Origin: a virus
DNA length: 33,174 bases
Virus record (IMG/VR): IMGVR_UViG_3300044450_000017
Strand: one strand, 5' to 3'
Below the pieces are notes generated by a model. It did not search any database. It was given only the letters and a program-made list of their open reading frames with translations, and had not been told where the DNA came from. The position numbers and the translations under genes were made by a program. Shown here piece by piece: positions 23,658-31,156 of this stretch. The stretch's first letter is position 1; each line of letters starts with the position of its first letter.

Positions 23658-25375
23658 TAAAAAGGTATTACATCTTTTTTATCTTCTATTTTAGGTACTG
23701 GTGCAGGCTTAAAAACAGGGGGGTCAAATTTCATATCTCCAGCATTTAAACCTCTATATACACCGCCATTTTTAAAGTCTGGCGCTATATTAAAACTACC
23801 AAGCTGCCCATTTTCTTTACGCTTTACTTTTTCAACGTAAACCTCAACGCTATCGCTTCCGTAATTAGTTCTATTGCCAATATTTCTAAAGCATATCATA
23901 CCATTGTATGATTTATTAAAAAAGTCCGCAGACCCGCTTATATCGTATAACGTTGGTTTTTTATACTTACCATTATCGCTTTCAATTTTTCTAGGGTGCG
24001 CCACTAAATATAAGTGCGTATTTGTTTGTTGGCAAAATTGTGTTATTTGCGAAAGTGCTTTTCCAATATAACTGTGGTCTCTTTGCGCGCTATGGTCTAG
24101 CATATTCCAAGGGTCAATAACACAAACGTTTACACCTTTTTGAAATACAAGGTCTTTGAAATGGTTTAGTATTGCCTCTAGCGTTAAGTTTTTAAGGTCA
24201 ATTTTAACCCAGTAAAAATGTTCCTCAATAAAATCTTTTGTTTTGTTTAGAGCTTCGCTATCGCAGTTTTTTTCATTTAGTTTATTTGCTATACGCTTTA
24301 TATGCCCCTCGTATGGCCAGCTTTCTGGGCTAAACATAGCAACCCTAAAATCGTATTTCATTGCAAGGTTTACGCATATCTGGTCTATAATATCAGACTT
24401 ACCGCTATTTGGTATACCAGTTACTACCGTCCATTCTCCCATAGCCATTTTATAATATTCGTCGCTTATACCTAACTCAACGCTATAATTTACTATGCCA
24501 TTTTCGTTATACCTTAGCACGTCGTCCCATATATCTGAAACATTTAAAACGCCTTCTAATGGAAAGTTTTTAGCTTGCTTTACAATATTGCGCAAGTCCT
24601 CTGCGCCTTTACTTACTAAAACTTCGTTAGCGTCTTTATACTGTCCAAAATCTACATATTTGCAGCGGTACTGCCCAAACCTTCTAGCAAGTTCGTTTCT
24701 AAGCTGCAAACCGGCGTCGTCGTTATCTGTGCAAATAATTATTTCGTCTTTGTCCTCAAAGTATTTCCAACAGTTATCTAAATATTCTAAGCGTTGGTTT
24801 CCTTTACTGGCTCCATTTGGTACTGAACAAACAGAATAAATACCGGCTTCGTGTAAACTTAGCGCGTCCATTTCGCCCTCAACTATATAAACTTTTTGTA
24901 GTTCGGTAATATTATCTAAGCCATAAAATATAAGTTCGGCCCCAGATACCATTTTAAAATTCTTTTCGGCATCTCTGTATTTAATATTTACTAGCGTATT
25001 GTTTCTGTAATAATTAAAATTTATTGTTGAGCGGTTTTTTTTAATCTGCGGTATAAATGTTTCGCTTTCGCCTATTTTCCAATGCGCAAGTGTCGCTTCG
25101 CTTATGCCTCTGCCTTTAAACCATTGAACTATTTTGTCGCTAAGTTTTAATTCAATTACAGGCGGTTTTATATATTCTTTTTTAGGTTTAAATCTAACAG
25201 ACCCAGACCAACCGCAGTTATGGCAGTTGTAAAACCCTTTTTCAATATTTACACTAAGGCTATCGTCGTTTTTGTTTTTTCGCGTTTGATGGCATTGTGG
25301 GCATTTAGTTTTAAGTTCCCCAGATTGGCGCCCTTTAAGTGAAATACCTAATTCTAAAAATTCAGCTTGGTACAT
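23657..25375 (-). CDS. Bifunctional primase-helicase, T7 gp4-like (572 aa)
   Basis: Zinc finger CPQCHQ...CHNCGW, TOPRIM motifs YIVEGEMDALSL and CTDNDDAG, Walker A GIPNSGKSD and Walker B VCVIDPW. The C-terminus is ...KKDVIPF. Confidence 0.9.
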   Translation of the reverse strand: MYQAEFLELGISLKGRQSGELKTKCPQCHQTRKNKNDDSLSVNIEKGFYNCHNCGWSGSVRFKPKKEYIKPPVIELKLSDKIVQWFKGRGISEATLAHWKIGESETFIPQIKKNRSTINFNYYRNNTLVNIKYRDAEKNFKMVSGAELIFYGLDNITELQKVYIVEGEMDALSLHEAGIYSVCSVPNGASKGNQRLEYLDNCWKYFEDKDEIIICTDNDDAGLQLRNELARRFGQYRCKYVDFGQYKDANEVLVSKGAEDLRNIVKQAKNFPLEGVLNVSDIWDDVLRYNENGIVNYSVELGISDEYYKMAMGEWTVVTGIPNSGKSDIIDQICVNLAMKYDFRVAMFSPESWPYEGHIKRIANKLNEKNCDSEALNKTKDFIEEHFYWVKIDLKNLTLEAILNHFKDLVFQKGVNVCVIDPWNMLDHSAQRDHSYIGKALSQITQFCQQTNTHLYLVAHPRKIESDNGKYKKPTLYDISGSADFFNKSYNGMICFRNIGNRTNYGSDSVEVYVEKVKRKENGQLGSFNIAPDFKNGGVYRGLNAGDMKFDPPVFKPAPVPKIEDKKDVIPF

Positions 25376-25408
25376 AATAATTCGTTTAGTTATGGCTAAA
25401 TTAAAAAT

Positions 25409-25636
25409 TTATTTTAAATCCGCAAGTATTTTTTTTAGCTTTTCCAAATACAACACAAAATCCATTGCTTCCTCTTGAGCGTGTTTAAGCCATTCTAAGG
25501 GCGTTAAATCTTCTCTGTCTAGTGTTACCCCATATTTTTGCGTTCCTACGTTAGAACGGCTTATAAATGCCTCTAACACGTTATTTACTATGCTATCGTT
25601 TGTAAGCGGAGTACAATTTCTACATTTTCCTTTCAT
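25409..25636 (-). CDS. Small conserved phage protein (75 aa), possibly an all-alpha MazG-like fold
   Basis: QKYGVTLDREDLTPLEWLKHAQEEAMDFVLYLEKL carries an EE..D acidic helix motif. The assignment is weak. Confidence 0.25.
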   Translation of the reverse strand: MKGKCRNCTPLTNDSIVNNVLEAFISRSNVGTQKYGVTLDREDLTPLEWLKHAQEEAMDFVLYLEKLKKILADLK

Positions 25637-26585
25637 CTGTTATATATTTTATTATTAGTTCAAAATCCTGTGGCGTAAGCATTGCGTTTTGTTTTAATAT
25701 AAATTGGTTTAAATAACTGCCGTCGTTTAATTCAGCAACAAGTTCCATTTCGCCAATTTTGTTTTTACCGTAATGCCATTGTTTTACGTTTTTTATTTTA
25801 GTCATTGCAGCTGGCTTTTTTAACTCCGCTTCTACTGCATTATACTTTGCCATTATGTTATCTATTTTGCGTACACTATTGCGTACATTTTTTAGCGCCG
25901 GTAACGACAATACATTGGGTCTCCAAAAAGCATCCTCTCTGGCCCATTTTACGGCAGCATAAATACGCCTTAAATCGTAATCGTTTTTTTCAAACCATTT
26001 TAAAGCATTTTTCCAAGTTGTTTCCTGGCTTTTATTTTTTGGTAGTGTGTTTTCGCCTTCAAATAGTTTTATAAAATTTGGGTAGGCGCTTTCAACTAAA
26101 TTAGAAAATTTAGGCGACGCATCAACCTTTTTAGGTTGTGCGGTAGTATTTCTTTCTTTTAGTATTTCTTTACTATCAATAATATTATTATTAGTATTAC
26201 TTTGTAGCCGATTTGTGTGCGGCCGGTTTTCGGGCTGCACGTAAACTGTGCCGCCGGATAATCCACCGCCGGATAATCGGTCTGCCGGTTCTAAAACCAA
26301 TTCATAGTTATAACCAATAAACAAACCTTTGTCTCCTTTTACCCTTTCGCGTATTAAATAACCAGCATTTTCCAACTCTTTAATTTTTGATTTTACGGAC
26401 GCTTTGCCTTCCTTAAAAGCGCCAATAATAAACTCTATTGAAATACTAAATTCGGAAGTGTGAGAAAATAAAAAACAATATAATCCAACGGCGCCCATTG
26501 ATAAATTGTTGTCTCTTAAAATTGGATTTGGTACAACCGTAAAGTTTGTAAAATCTTTAGGTTTTTTTATTATTCCAGTTTTCAT
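25620..26585 (-). CDS. Replication initiator / replisome organiser with an N-terminal winged helix (321 aa)
   Basis: N-terminal FTVVPNPILRDNNLSMGAVGLYCFL...ELENAGYLIRERV is typical of phage wHTH initiators (DUF4373/DnaD-like). It lies just upstream of the primase-helicase. Confidence 0.5.
   Translation of the reverse strand: MKTGIIKKPKDFTNFTVVPNPILRDNNLSMGAVGLYCFLFSHTSEFSISIEFIIGAFKEGKASVKSKIKELENAGYLIRERVKGDKGLFIGYNYELVLEPADRLSGGGLSGGTVYVQPENRPHTNRLQSNTNNNIIDSKEILKERNTTAQPKKVDASPKFSNLVESAYPNFIKLFEGENTLPKNKSQETTWKNALKWFEKNDYDLRRIYAAVKWAREDAFWRPNVLSLPALKNVRNSVRKIDNIMAKYNAVEAELKKPAAMTKIKNVKQWHYGKNKIGEMELVAELNDGSYLNQFILKQNAMLTPQDFELIIKYITDERKM
26251..26278. repeat. Two exact 13-nt direct repeats CCGCCGGATAATC at a 15-nt period, flanked by GCCGGTT copies; iteron-like
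   Basis: Copies at 26251..26263 and 26266..26278. GCCGGTT occurs at 26222..26228 and 26283..26289. This is a GC-rich patch next to the AT-rich stretch 26161..26205, inside the inter-domain linker of the initiator gene. Confidence 0.4.
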
Positions 26586-26590
26586 AAAAT

Positions 26591-26635
26591 AAAAAAGCAG
26601 GGGGTTCGGCGATGCGGCGCTTACTACCCTTGCTT
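26591..26635 (-). terminator. Imperfect GC-rich hairpin followed by U6 (terminator-like) just upstream of the initiator ATG
   Basis: Minus-strand RNA is GCA(A)GGG...GCGCCGCAUCGC...CCCUGC followed by UUUUUU. Confidence 0.4.
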
Positions 26636-26696
26636 TAAATGTTTTCCTTTTTTAACTCGGTTCCGCATAACTAAGTTAAAGTACAAATATAAATAA

Positions 26697-26939
26697 TTAT
26701 TCTAGTATCATTTTCATTTTTTGGCAAAATGTTTTCAGTTCGCCGTAATACCGTAAAAAGTTTTTTAAACTAATGTGGCCATCTCCATAGCGCTCAAAAA
26801 GTATTTCTATAAGTAAGTCCCTTTCAACCTCTGTTATAGTTCCAGCTAACTCGAAACCGTCTGCGGCGCCAGTAACTTCTTTATACCTGCATCGCATCTT
26901 TTGGGTATCTTCATTATAATAAATAAAAATGTATCTCAT
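26697..26939 (-). CDS. Hypothetical protein (80 aa)
   Basis: ORF on the coding strand with a 4-nt overlap with the VRR-NUC gene. Confidence 0.45.
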   Translation of the reverse strand: MRYIFIYYNEDTQKMRCRYKEVTGAADGFELAGTITEVERDLLIEILFERYGDGHISLKNFLRYYGELKTFCQKMKMILE

Positions 26940-27313
26940 AATCCGTTGTTAAAATATTGGTCAATTACTATTTTGCACTTATCAAAATCGTTAAGCCAAA
27001 CAGTAAACCAATTACAACTTTCTAAATCTTTGAGCCACTTCTTTTGGTTAAGACTTGGTTTATTATATCCAGCTTTTAATTCAATCGCTAATCCATTATA
27101 CTGACCGCTAGGCGTAAAAATTAGTATATCTGGTATGCCACTTGTTAGACCTAAATATTTTAATTTAAAACGCTCAAACGGCGAACGCTTCCCTTCGTTA
27201 GCTGGGTGCGTTACTAATGCCTTTGGGTATTCAAGACCTATATAATTTAATACTGCCCTTTGTAAATGGTCTTCTGGGCCTAAATACCGCATATACGGAT
27301 TATACTTTGCCAT
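26936..27313 (-). CDS. VRR-NUC domain nuclease (125 aa)
   Basis: Pattern EDHLQRAVLNYI...VTHPANEG...GLTSGIPDILIF...GLAIELKAG...SLNQKKW. Confidence 0.7.
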   Translation of the reverse strand: MAKYNPYMRYLGPEDHLQRAVLNYIGLEYPKALVTHPANEGKRSPFERFKLKYLGLTSGIPDILIFTPSGQYNGLAIELKAGYNKPSLNQKKWLKDLESCNWFTVWLNDFDKCKIVIDQYFNNGL

Positions 27314-27325
27314 TTTACAAAGTTA

Positions 27326-27628
27326 CTACAATTTGCTTTCAAATTGAATTTCAATATCAGCATTTATTGGCAATGAATATTTTATGTTATATTCCTTAAA
27401 TAAAAAAATTGCCCTTTCAAGTTCAACTTCATTAATTAAAACAACACAATCTTTTATGTAATTGTGTTTTGGAATATCGTCTTTAAACCATTCAATAAGA
27501 TATTTATTTTTAGCTAAAGATACAGTACTGTAAGCAATACTATATTTTTTAGCTATTTCCTCTATTGTCAAACTACTAAAATGGTAATCATAGGCAGCAT
27601 TTTGCAAAGTAAGTTCTCTTTTTGTCAT
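27326..27628 (-). CDS. HTH DNA-binding protein (100 aa)
   Basis: LTIEEIAKKYSIAYSTVSLAKNKY is a helix-turn-helix. Confidence 0.5.
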   Translation of the reverse strand: MTKRELTLQNAAYDYHFSSLTIEEIAKKYSIAYSTVSLAKNKYLIEWFKDDIPKHNYIKDCVVLINEVELERAIFLFKEYNIKYSLPINADIEIQFESKL

Positions 27629-27630
27629 CC

Positions 27631-28404
27631 CTATAATATTATTATTCCTTTATCGTTTCTTTCATAGCCTTTATATCCTGTTGGTATACCAGTTTCTAAA
27701 TAAAACTTCCAGTCTCTAATGGCGTTTAAATAAGCGCTGCGACCCTCGTCTATCATTTTTTCACTAAGCGTATAACATTCTACTGAAAATGGGTAGTTAG
27801 TTTCAATAGCTATAAATACAAACTCCTTTGGGTCAATGCCTAACATATCGCTATAAAACGCCGCTTGTAAATGGTAACCGTATTTATATACATCGTTTTT
27901 AAACGCTCTAGGGCTATTGTCCTGGCACGTTTTAGGGTCTGAAATAAAGCCTAACATCTTGTTTACGCAATCTGGTCTAACCCTTACCGGTACGCCCTCA
28001 AATTCTGTATAATGTGATAGTTCAATATCGCCTTTTGTATAATATACCGCTTGCTCGTTTTGTTTAAAATTGTTTTGTATGGCTAGTATATCGTGATAGG
28101 TTTGTTGGTCTATAACTTCTTTGCCATTCGATAATTTTTCGTGCTTAGCCTTTTCAGCTTTACCCTCTTTAGTTCTCCCGTCAACCTTTGGCATTATATA
28201 ATAATCATTATAAAACTGCTCTGGTTCTAAAACCGCAGTATGTACCGCCGTACCTAATTGTAAACTGCTGCTAGTAAATGGCTTTTTGTTAATGAAGTGG
28301 TAAACGCTTTTTTTGTGTATTGCTTTTAACCCACTTGCACTTATTGCATCGCTGCTATGGTAAACCTCGTTGGTCTCTATTTTAGTAATTATTTTGTTGC
28401 TCAT
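27631..28404 (-). CDS. PD-(D/E)xK recombination exonuclease, RecE/DUF3799-like (257 aa)
   Basis: Motifs GTAVHTAVLEP, VRVRPD, ISDPKT and YHLQAAFY, in a recombination-module context. Confidence 0.6.
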   Translation of the reverse strand: MSNKIITKIETNEVYHSSDAISASGLKAIHKKSVYHFINKKPFTSSSLQLGTAVHTAVLEPEQFYNDYYIMPKVDGRTKEGKAEKAKHEKLSNGKEVIDQQTYHDILAIQNNFKQNEQAVYYTKGDIELSHYTEFEGVPVRVRPDCVNKMLGFISDPKTCQDNSPRAFKNDVYKYGYHLQAAFYSDMLGIDPKEFVFIAIETNYPFSVECYTLSEKMIDEGRSAYLNAIRDWKFYLETGIPTGYKGYERNDKGIIIL

Positions 28405-28556
28405 ATCAAATTAAATTTTTGTAGTAACTTAATAAACCAGCCTCTGTTTGCGTAGTTTTCTGCTTCTTGTGGCGTTAGTATTTCAACTCTAATGCCGTGC
28501 TTAGTTTGGCGCTCGTAATAAACCAATCCTGTTTCTAGTGTTTTAAATTTTTTCAT
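28401..28556 (-). CDS. Possible 51-aa ORF (MKKFKTLETGLVYYERQTKHGIRVEILTPQEAENYANRGWFIKLLQKFNLI)
   Basis: It has an ATG start and an ATGA overlap with the exonuclease gene. It is below the track's cutoff. Confidence 0.4.
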   Translation of the reverse strand: MKKFKTLETGLVYYERQTKHGIRVEILTPQEAENYANRGWFIKLLQKFNLI

Positions 28557-28569
28557 AATAAATAGTTTA

Positions 28570-28587
28570 AAGGGGCCGTAGCCCCTT
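28570..28587. other. Perfect 7-bp hairpin AAGGGGC-CGTA-GCCCCTT
   Basis: Seen directly. There is no clear U-tract on the coding strand (it is followed by UAAAC). Confidence 0.4.
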
Positions 28588-28595
28588 AGTTAGTT

Positions 28596-28961
28596 TTATA
28601 GTCTTTTAAGATATTTTTTAAATAAGTTTTTTGCGTGAAACTCACTATTAGCATTTAACTTCATAACCCATTGTGGAACTATAAGCCTAACAGTTTCAAC
28701 TCCGTAGTTTTTTCTCAACCATTCTGTTTTGTTATGGTCAAGTGTCAATTCATAACCAACCCACTTATCATTTTCAGAAACATTAAAAATTTCTATATTA
28801 TGTTCCCAAAAAGTGTAAACCGCCATATACATACCTTCAATGTCTGCATAAGTTTCATAGCTACCAACCCTATCAGCAGCAGCGTTTAAAATAGCTTTCT
28901 TAATTATATGTCCGCTATTTTCTTCCCATTCTTTGTCTAAGTAATCTCTAACTGTTTTCAT
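28596..28961 (-). CDS. Hypothetical protein (121 aa)
   Basis: ORF on the coding strand; no family recognised. Confidence 0.5.
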   Translation of the reverse strand: MKTVRDYLDKEWEENSGHIIKKAILNAAADRVGSYETYADIEGMYMAVYTFWEHNIEIFNVSENDKWVGYELTLDHNKTEWLRKNYGVETVRLIVPQWVMKLNANSEFHAKNLFKKYLKRL

Positions 28962-29049
28962 AAAAAATAATTTAGTTAATGTTTGTTTACACTGCTAAAT
29001 TAAAAAAATTCTTTTAATTACCAAACATTTTTAAAAATATATTTTAAAT

Positions 29050-29075
29050 AAAAAAAGCGGCCCATTATAGACCGC
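29050..29075 (-). terminator. Rho-independent terminator after the SSB gene
   Basis: Minus-strand RNA is GCGGUCU-AUAAU-GGGCCGC (7 bp including two G-U) followed by U7. Confidence 0.55.
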
Positions 29076-29101
29076 CTTTTGGTTTAGGTTAGTTGTTTCC
29101 C

Positions 29102-29386
29102 TTAAAATGGTAAATCGTCATCAACTTCTACTGTTGCTGGCGCTGCTTCAAAATTAGCAGTTTTAGGTTCTGGCTTCCAAGTGTCCACTTGAACCTTTAC
29201 ATTCTTACCGTATTGGTCTGCTTCTTTTTTCTTTGAAATATCTAGCTTAACATATTTTTTACCGTTGTACTCAAATATATGTTCTTTTGGTAAATCGCTA
29301 AGGCAAACCGTTATTTTAAAAAATTCGCCATACTGACCGCTTACTGTTTTGCCGCTTCCTGCGTAAATGATTTCTTTGTTTTCCAT
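29102..29386 (-). CDS. Small single-stranded DNA-binding protein (94 aa) with an acidic C-terminal tip
   Basis: The C-terminus VEVDDDLPF matches the SSB tip consensus DDD(I/L)PF. The body is OB-fold sized and the gene sits in a recombination/replication context. Confidence 0.55.
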   Translation of the reverse strand: MENKEIIYAGSGKTVSGQYGEFFKITVCLSDLPKEHIFEYNGKKYVKLDISKKKEADQYGKNVKVQVDTWKPEPKTANFEAAPATVEVDDDLPF

Positions 29387-29391
29387 AATTG

Positions 29392-29532
29392 TTACTGTTT
29401 TAATTTAATTTGATTATCGTTTAATTTTTGTAGCACCTCGCAAATTGCATCTGGTGTACCTTTTATTTCTATTTTAGCGCAACTATTGCTTTCGTATATA
29501 ACTTCTATATTATCAATCGTAGTGGTTTGCAT
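29392..29532 (-). CDS. Possible 46-aa ORF (MQTTTIDNIEVIYESNSCAKIEIKGTPDAICEVLQKLNDNQIKLKQ)
   Basis: TAATG stop-start overlap with the upstream gene, and it ends 5 nt before the SSB ATG. It is below the track's cutoff. Confidence 0.4.
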   Translation of the reverse strand: MQTTTIDNIEVIYESNSCAKIEIKGTPDAICEVLQKLNDNQIKLKQ

Positions 29533-30023
29533 TATATACTAAATTTATCTTTTATCTGCGCGCGGTATTCTTTTTTCATTTTAAAGGCGCCAACAACTTT
29601 ATATGCCTGCTCTTTAGTACCTTTTAATGTAGATTGTAATTGACTATCTGTAAGCCAAGGTCTATTATCTGCTTCTTTGTTTTGGTTTTGCACGGCATTA
29701 CCCACTTCCTCTGCGCTTGCAATAGAAGTGTCAATACCTATGCCCAAATATCCTAATGCGCGGCCTAGAGCGCTTGTAAAACCGTTCTCTAAAAAGCTGG
29801 TCTTGTTTATATAGCTACTATCTCGGTATTCCTGGGCGTGCGCCGTTACAACAACGTTTCCCTCGCCGTCTGTTATAGTTACCTTAAAAACGCCTTCCTT
29901 ATCGTCTAGCCTTTCAATAGTTTCTATAATACCCCAGTTAGTAAATACGTCCTCTGACCTAAAATGTTTTAACCGCTCATTTACGGTAATGTAATTGTTC
30001 CCTTTAATGTTTACTGCTTTCAT
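29532..30023 (-). CDS. Conserved phage replication/recombination-module protein (163 aa), possible single-strand annealing protein
   Basis: The pattern YITVNERLKHFR...TAHAQE...NKTSFLENGFTSALGRALGYLGIG recurs in phage proteins encoded beside exonuclease and SSB genes. The family is not firmly recognised. Confidence 0.3.
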   Translation of the reverse strand: MKAVNIKGNNYITVNERLKHFRSEDVFTNWGIIETIERLDDKEGVFKVTITDGEGNVVVTAHAQEYRDSSYINKTSFLENGFTSALGRALGYLGIGIDTSIASAEEVGNAVQNQNKEADNRPWLTDSQLQSTLKGTKEQAYKVVGAFKMKKEYRAQIKDKFSI

Positions 30024-30039
30024 AATAAATTGCTAATGG

Positions 30040-30207
30040 TTAAACTTCTATTTCTATACCTAACTCCCTAAGCGCCCTAATATCTGAAATAGTTAGCCTA
30101 GTCGGTTCGTCTAATTTGCTCTTTAGCGTTGGCATCGTGCAACCTAAATGCGCGCATACATCGCGTTTTAATAGCTTCTTTTCTTTTAACTGTTGTCGTA
30201 TATCCAT
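30040..30207 (-). CDS. Small HTH DNA-binding protein (55 aa), first gene after the late terminator; not in the ORF track
   Basis: ATG at 30205-30207 and TAA at 30040-30042. Translation is MDIRQQLKEKKLLKRDVCAHLGCTMPTLKSKLDEPTRLTISDIRALRELGIEIEV. Confidence 0.55.
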   Translation of the reverse strand: MDIRQQLKEKKLLKRDVCAHLGCTMPTLKSKLDEPTRLTISDIRALRELGIEIEV

Positions 30208-30223
30208 TTGTAAATAATTTCTA

Positions 30224-30231
30224 CAAAAATA
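30224..30231 (-). promoter_or_regulatory. Canonical -7 box TATTTTTG, 16 nt upstream of the HTH gene ATG (candidate early promoter)
   Basis: The minus strand reads TTTTATTTTTGTAGAAATTATTTACAAATG, located directly after the strong terminator. Confidence 0.4.
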
Positions 30232-30265
30232 AAAATTATCTTTTAATTAAAAAAATATTTTACAT

Positions 30266-30300
30266 AAAAAAAGGGGCAGCAATCCGAAAATTACTACCCC
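30266..30300 (-). terminator. Strong rho-independent terminator ending the late operon
   Basis: Minus-strand RNA is GGGGUAGUAAUU-UUCG-GAUUGCUGCCCC (12 bp including three G-U, with a UUCG tetraloop) followed by U7. Confidence 0.7.
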
Positions 30301-30325
30301 TAGCAAAGAAACAAAAAAGGGAATC

Positions 30326-31156
30326 TTAAAAATTATATGTTTCTAACCATTCTTTTGCAGCTTTATAAAATTCATTATCTGGAAATTTGCTAACATCTAT
30401 TTGGCCCATATTTCTTTTGTCAAAAATAGGGTCGCAACTGTAATGCGCAATATGGTGCCAGCTTTCTAAATTGTTTACGTTTGGATAATAGCAGTTGTGC
30501 GTATCGACCATTTTAATTTTATTGTTGTGGCACGCAATATTTAAACCGTACATCGCTTGCCACCAACTATGATTGTTTCCGTTTTGTTCTGTTCCTATTT
30601 TAATACTCGTTTCAATTATTTCGTTTATAATCTTTTTAAGCGTTTTAACGCGCGCTATTACATTAAATCCGCCGTTCATATAATTATAATCGTCGTGTTT
30701 TAAATACTTCTTTATAATGCCGCTATTTGCGCTTGTCGGCTTTGTTATATGCAAATGCCAATCATTATAAATAGCGTCTGCAACCACTTCGTCAAATTTA
30801 GGAATATATCCATCGTACTTTTTTAAATGTACTAAATCAGCGTCTATAATTTCAACAACTTCATCGTCTGGCAAATCTTGTATTATTTCTCTAGCGGCGG
30901 TAAATACATTTGTAGGAATATAAATATCTCGCTGCAAATCGTACATATCCAAAATGCTATCTACCATTTTGTAAGGCAGTTTTAAATTCCAATCTACATC
31001 GTCTTGTATAGGCTCCTGCTTATTATTGCGTTTTACTATTGGTATAATCGCTTTGTTCTTAGCGTCGTTGCCATATACTTTCAAATGTTGGTATTGAAAA
31101 AAACTAATTTGTCGCCTAAAATATTCGTTGGCTACTGCGCAAGGTATTGAAATCAT
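30326..31156 (-). CDS. GT-A-like putative glycosyltransferase (276 aa)
   Basis: N-terminal MISIPCAVANEYF resembles the first strand-helix of GT-A folds, and VVEIIDADLVHL provides a DxD motif near residue 105. It has an ATGA overlap with the dioxygenase gene. The family is not identified. Confidence 0.3.
   Translation of the reverse strand: MISIPCAVANEYFRRQISFFQYQHLKVYGNDAKNKAIIPIVKRNNKQEPIQDDVDWNLKLPYKMVDSILDMYDLQRDIYIPTNVFTAAREIIQDLPDDEVVEIIDADLVHLKKYDGYIPKFDEVVADAIYNDWHLHITKPTSANSGIIKKYLKHDDYNYMNGGFNVIARVKTLKKIINEIIETSIKIGTEQNGNNHSWWQAMYGLNIACHNNKIKMVDTHNCYYPNVNNLESWHHIAHYSCDPIFDKRNMGQIDVSKFPDNEFYKAAKEWLETYNF

Noticed and set aside
26597-26633. A GC-rich structured patch, considered as a tRNA or other small RNA gene.
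   Set aside because: It is too short, with no cloverleaf arms or anticodon-loop features. It folds as a single imperfect hairpin followed by a U-tract, which a terminator explains better.
30129-30329. A 66-aa plus-strand ORF, considered as a possible divergent regulator opposite the small HTH gene (a cro/cI-like switch).
   Set aside because: It has a TTG start only, lies antisense to the HTH gene and runs through the late terminator hairpin. No lysogeny genes exist elsewhere in the genome.
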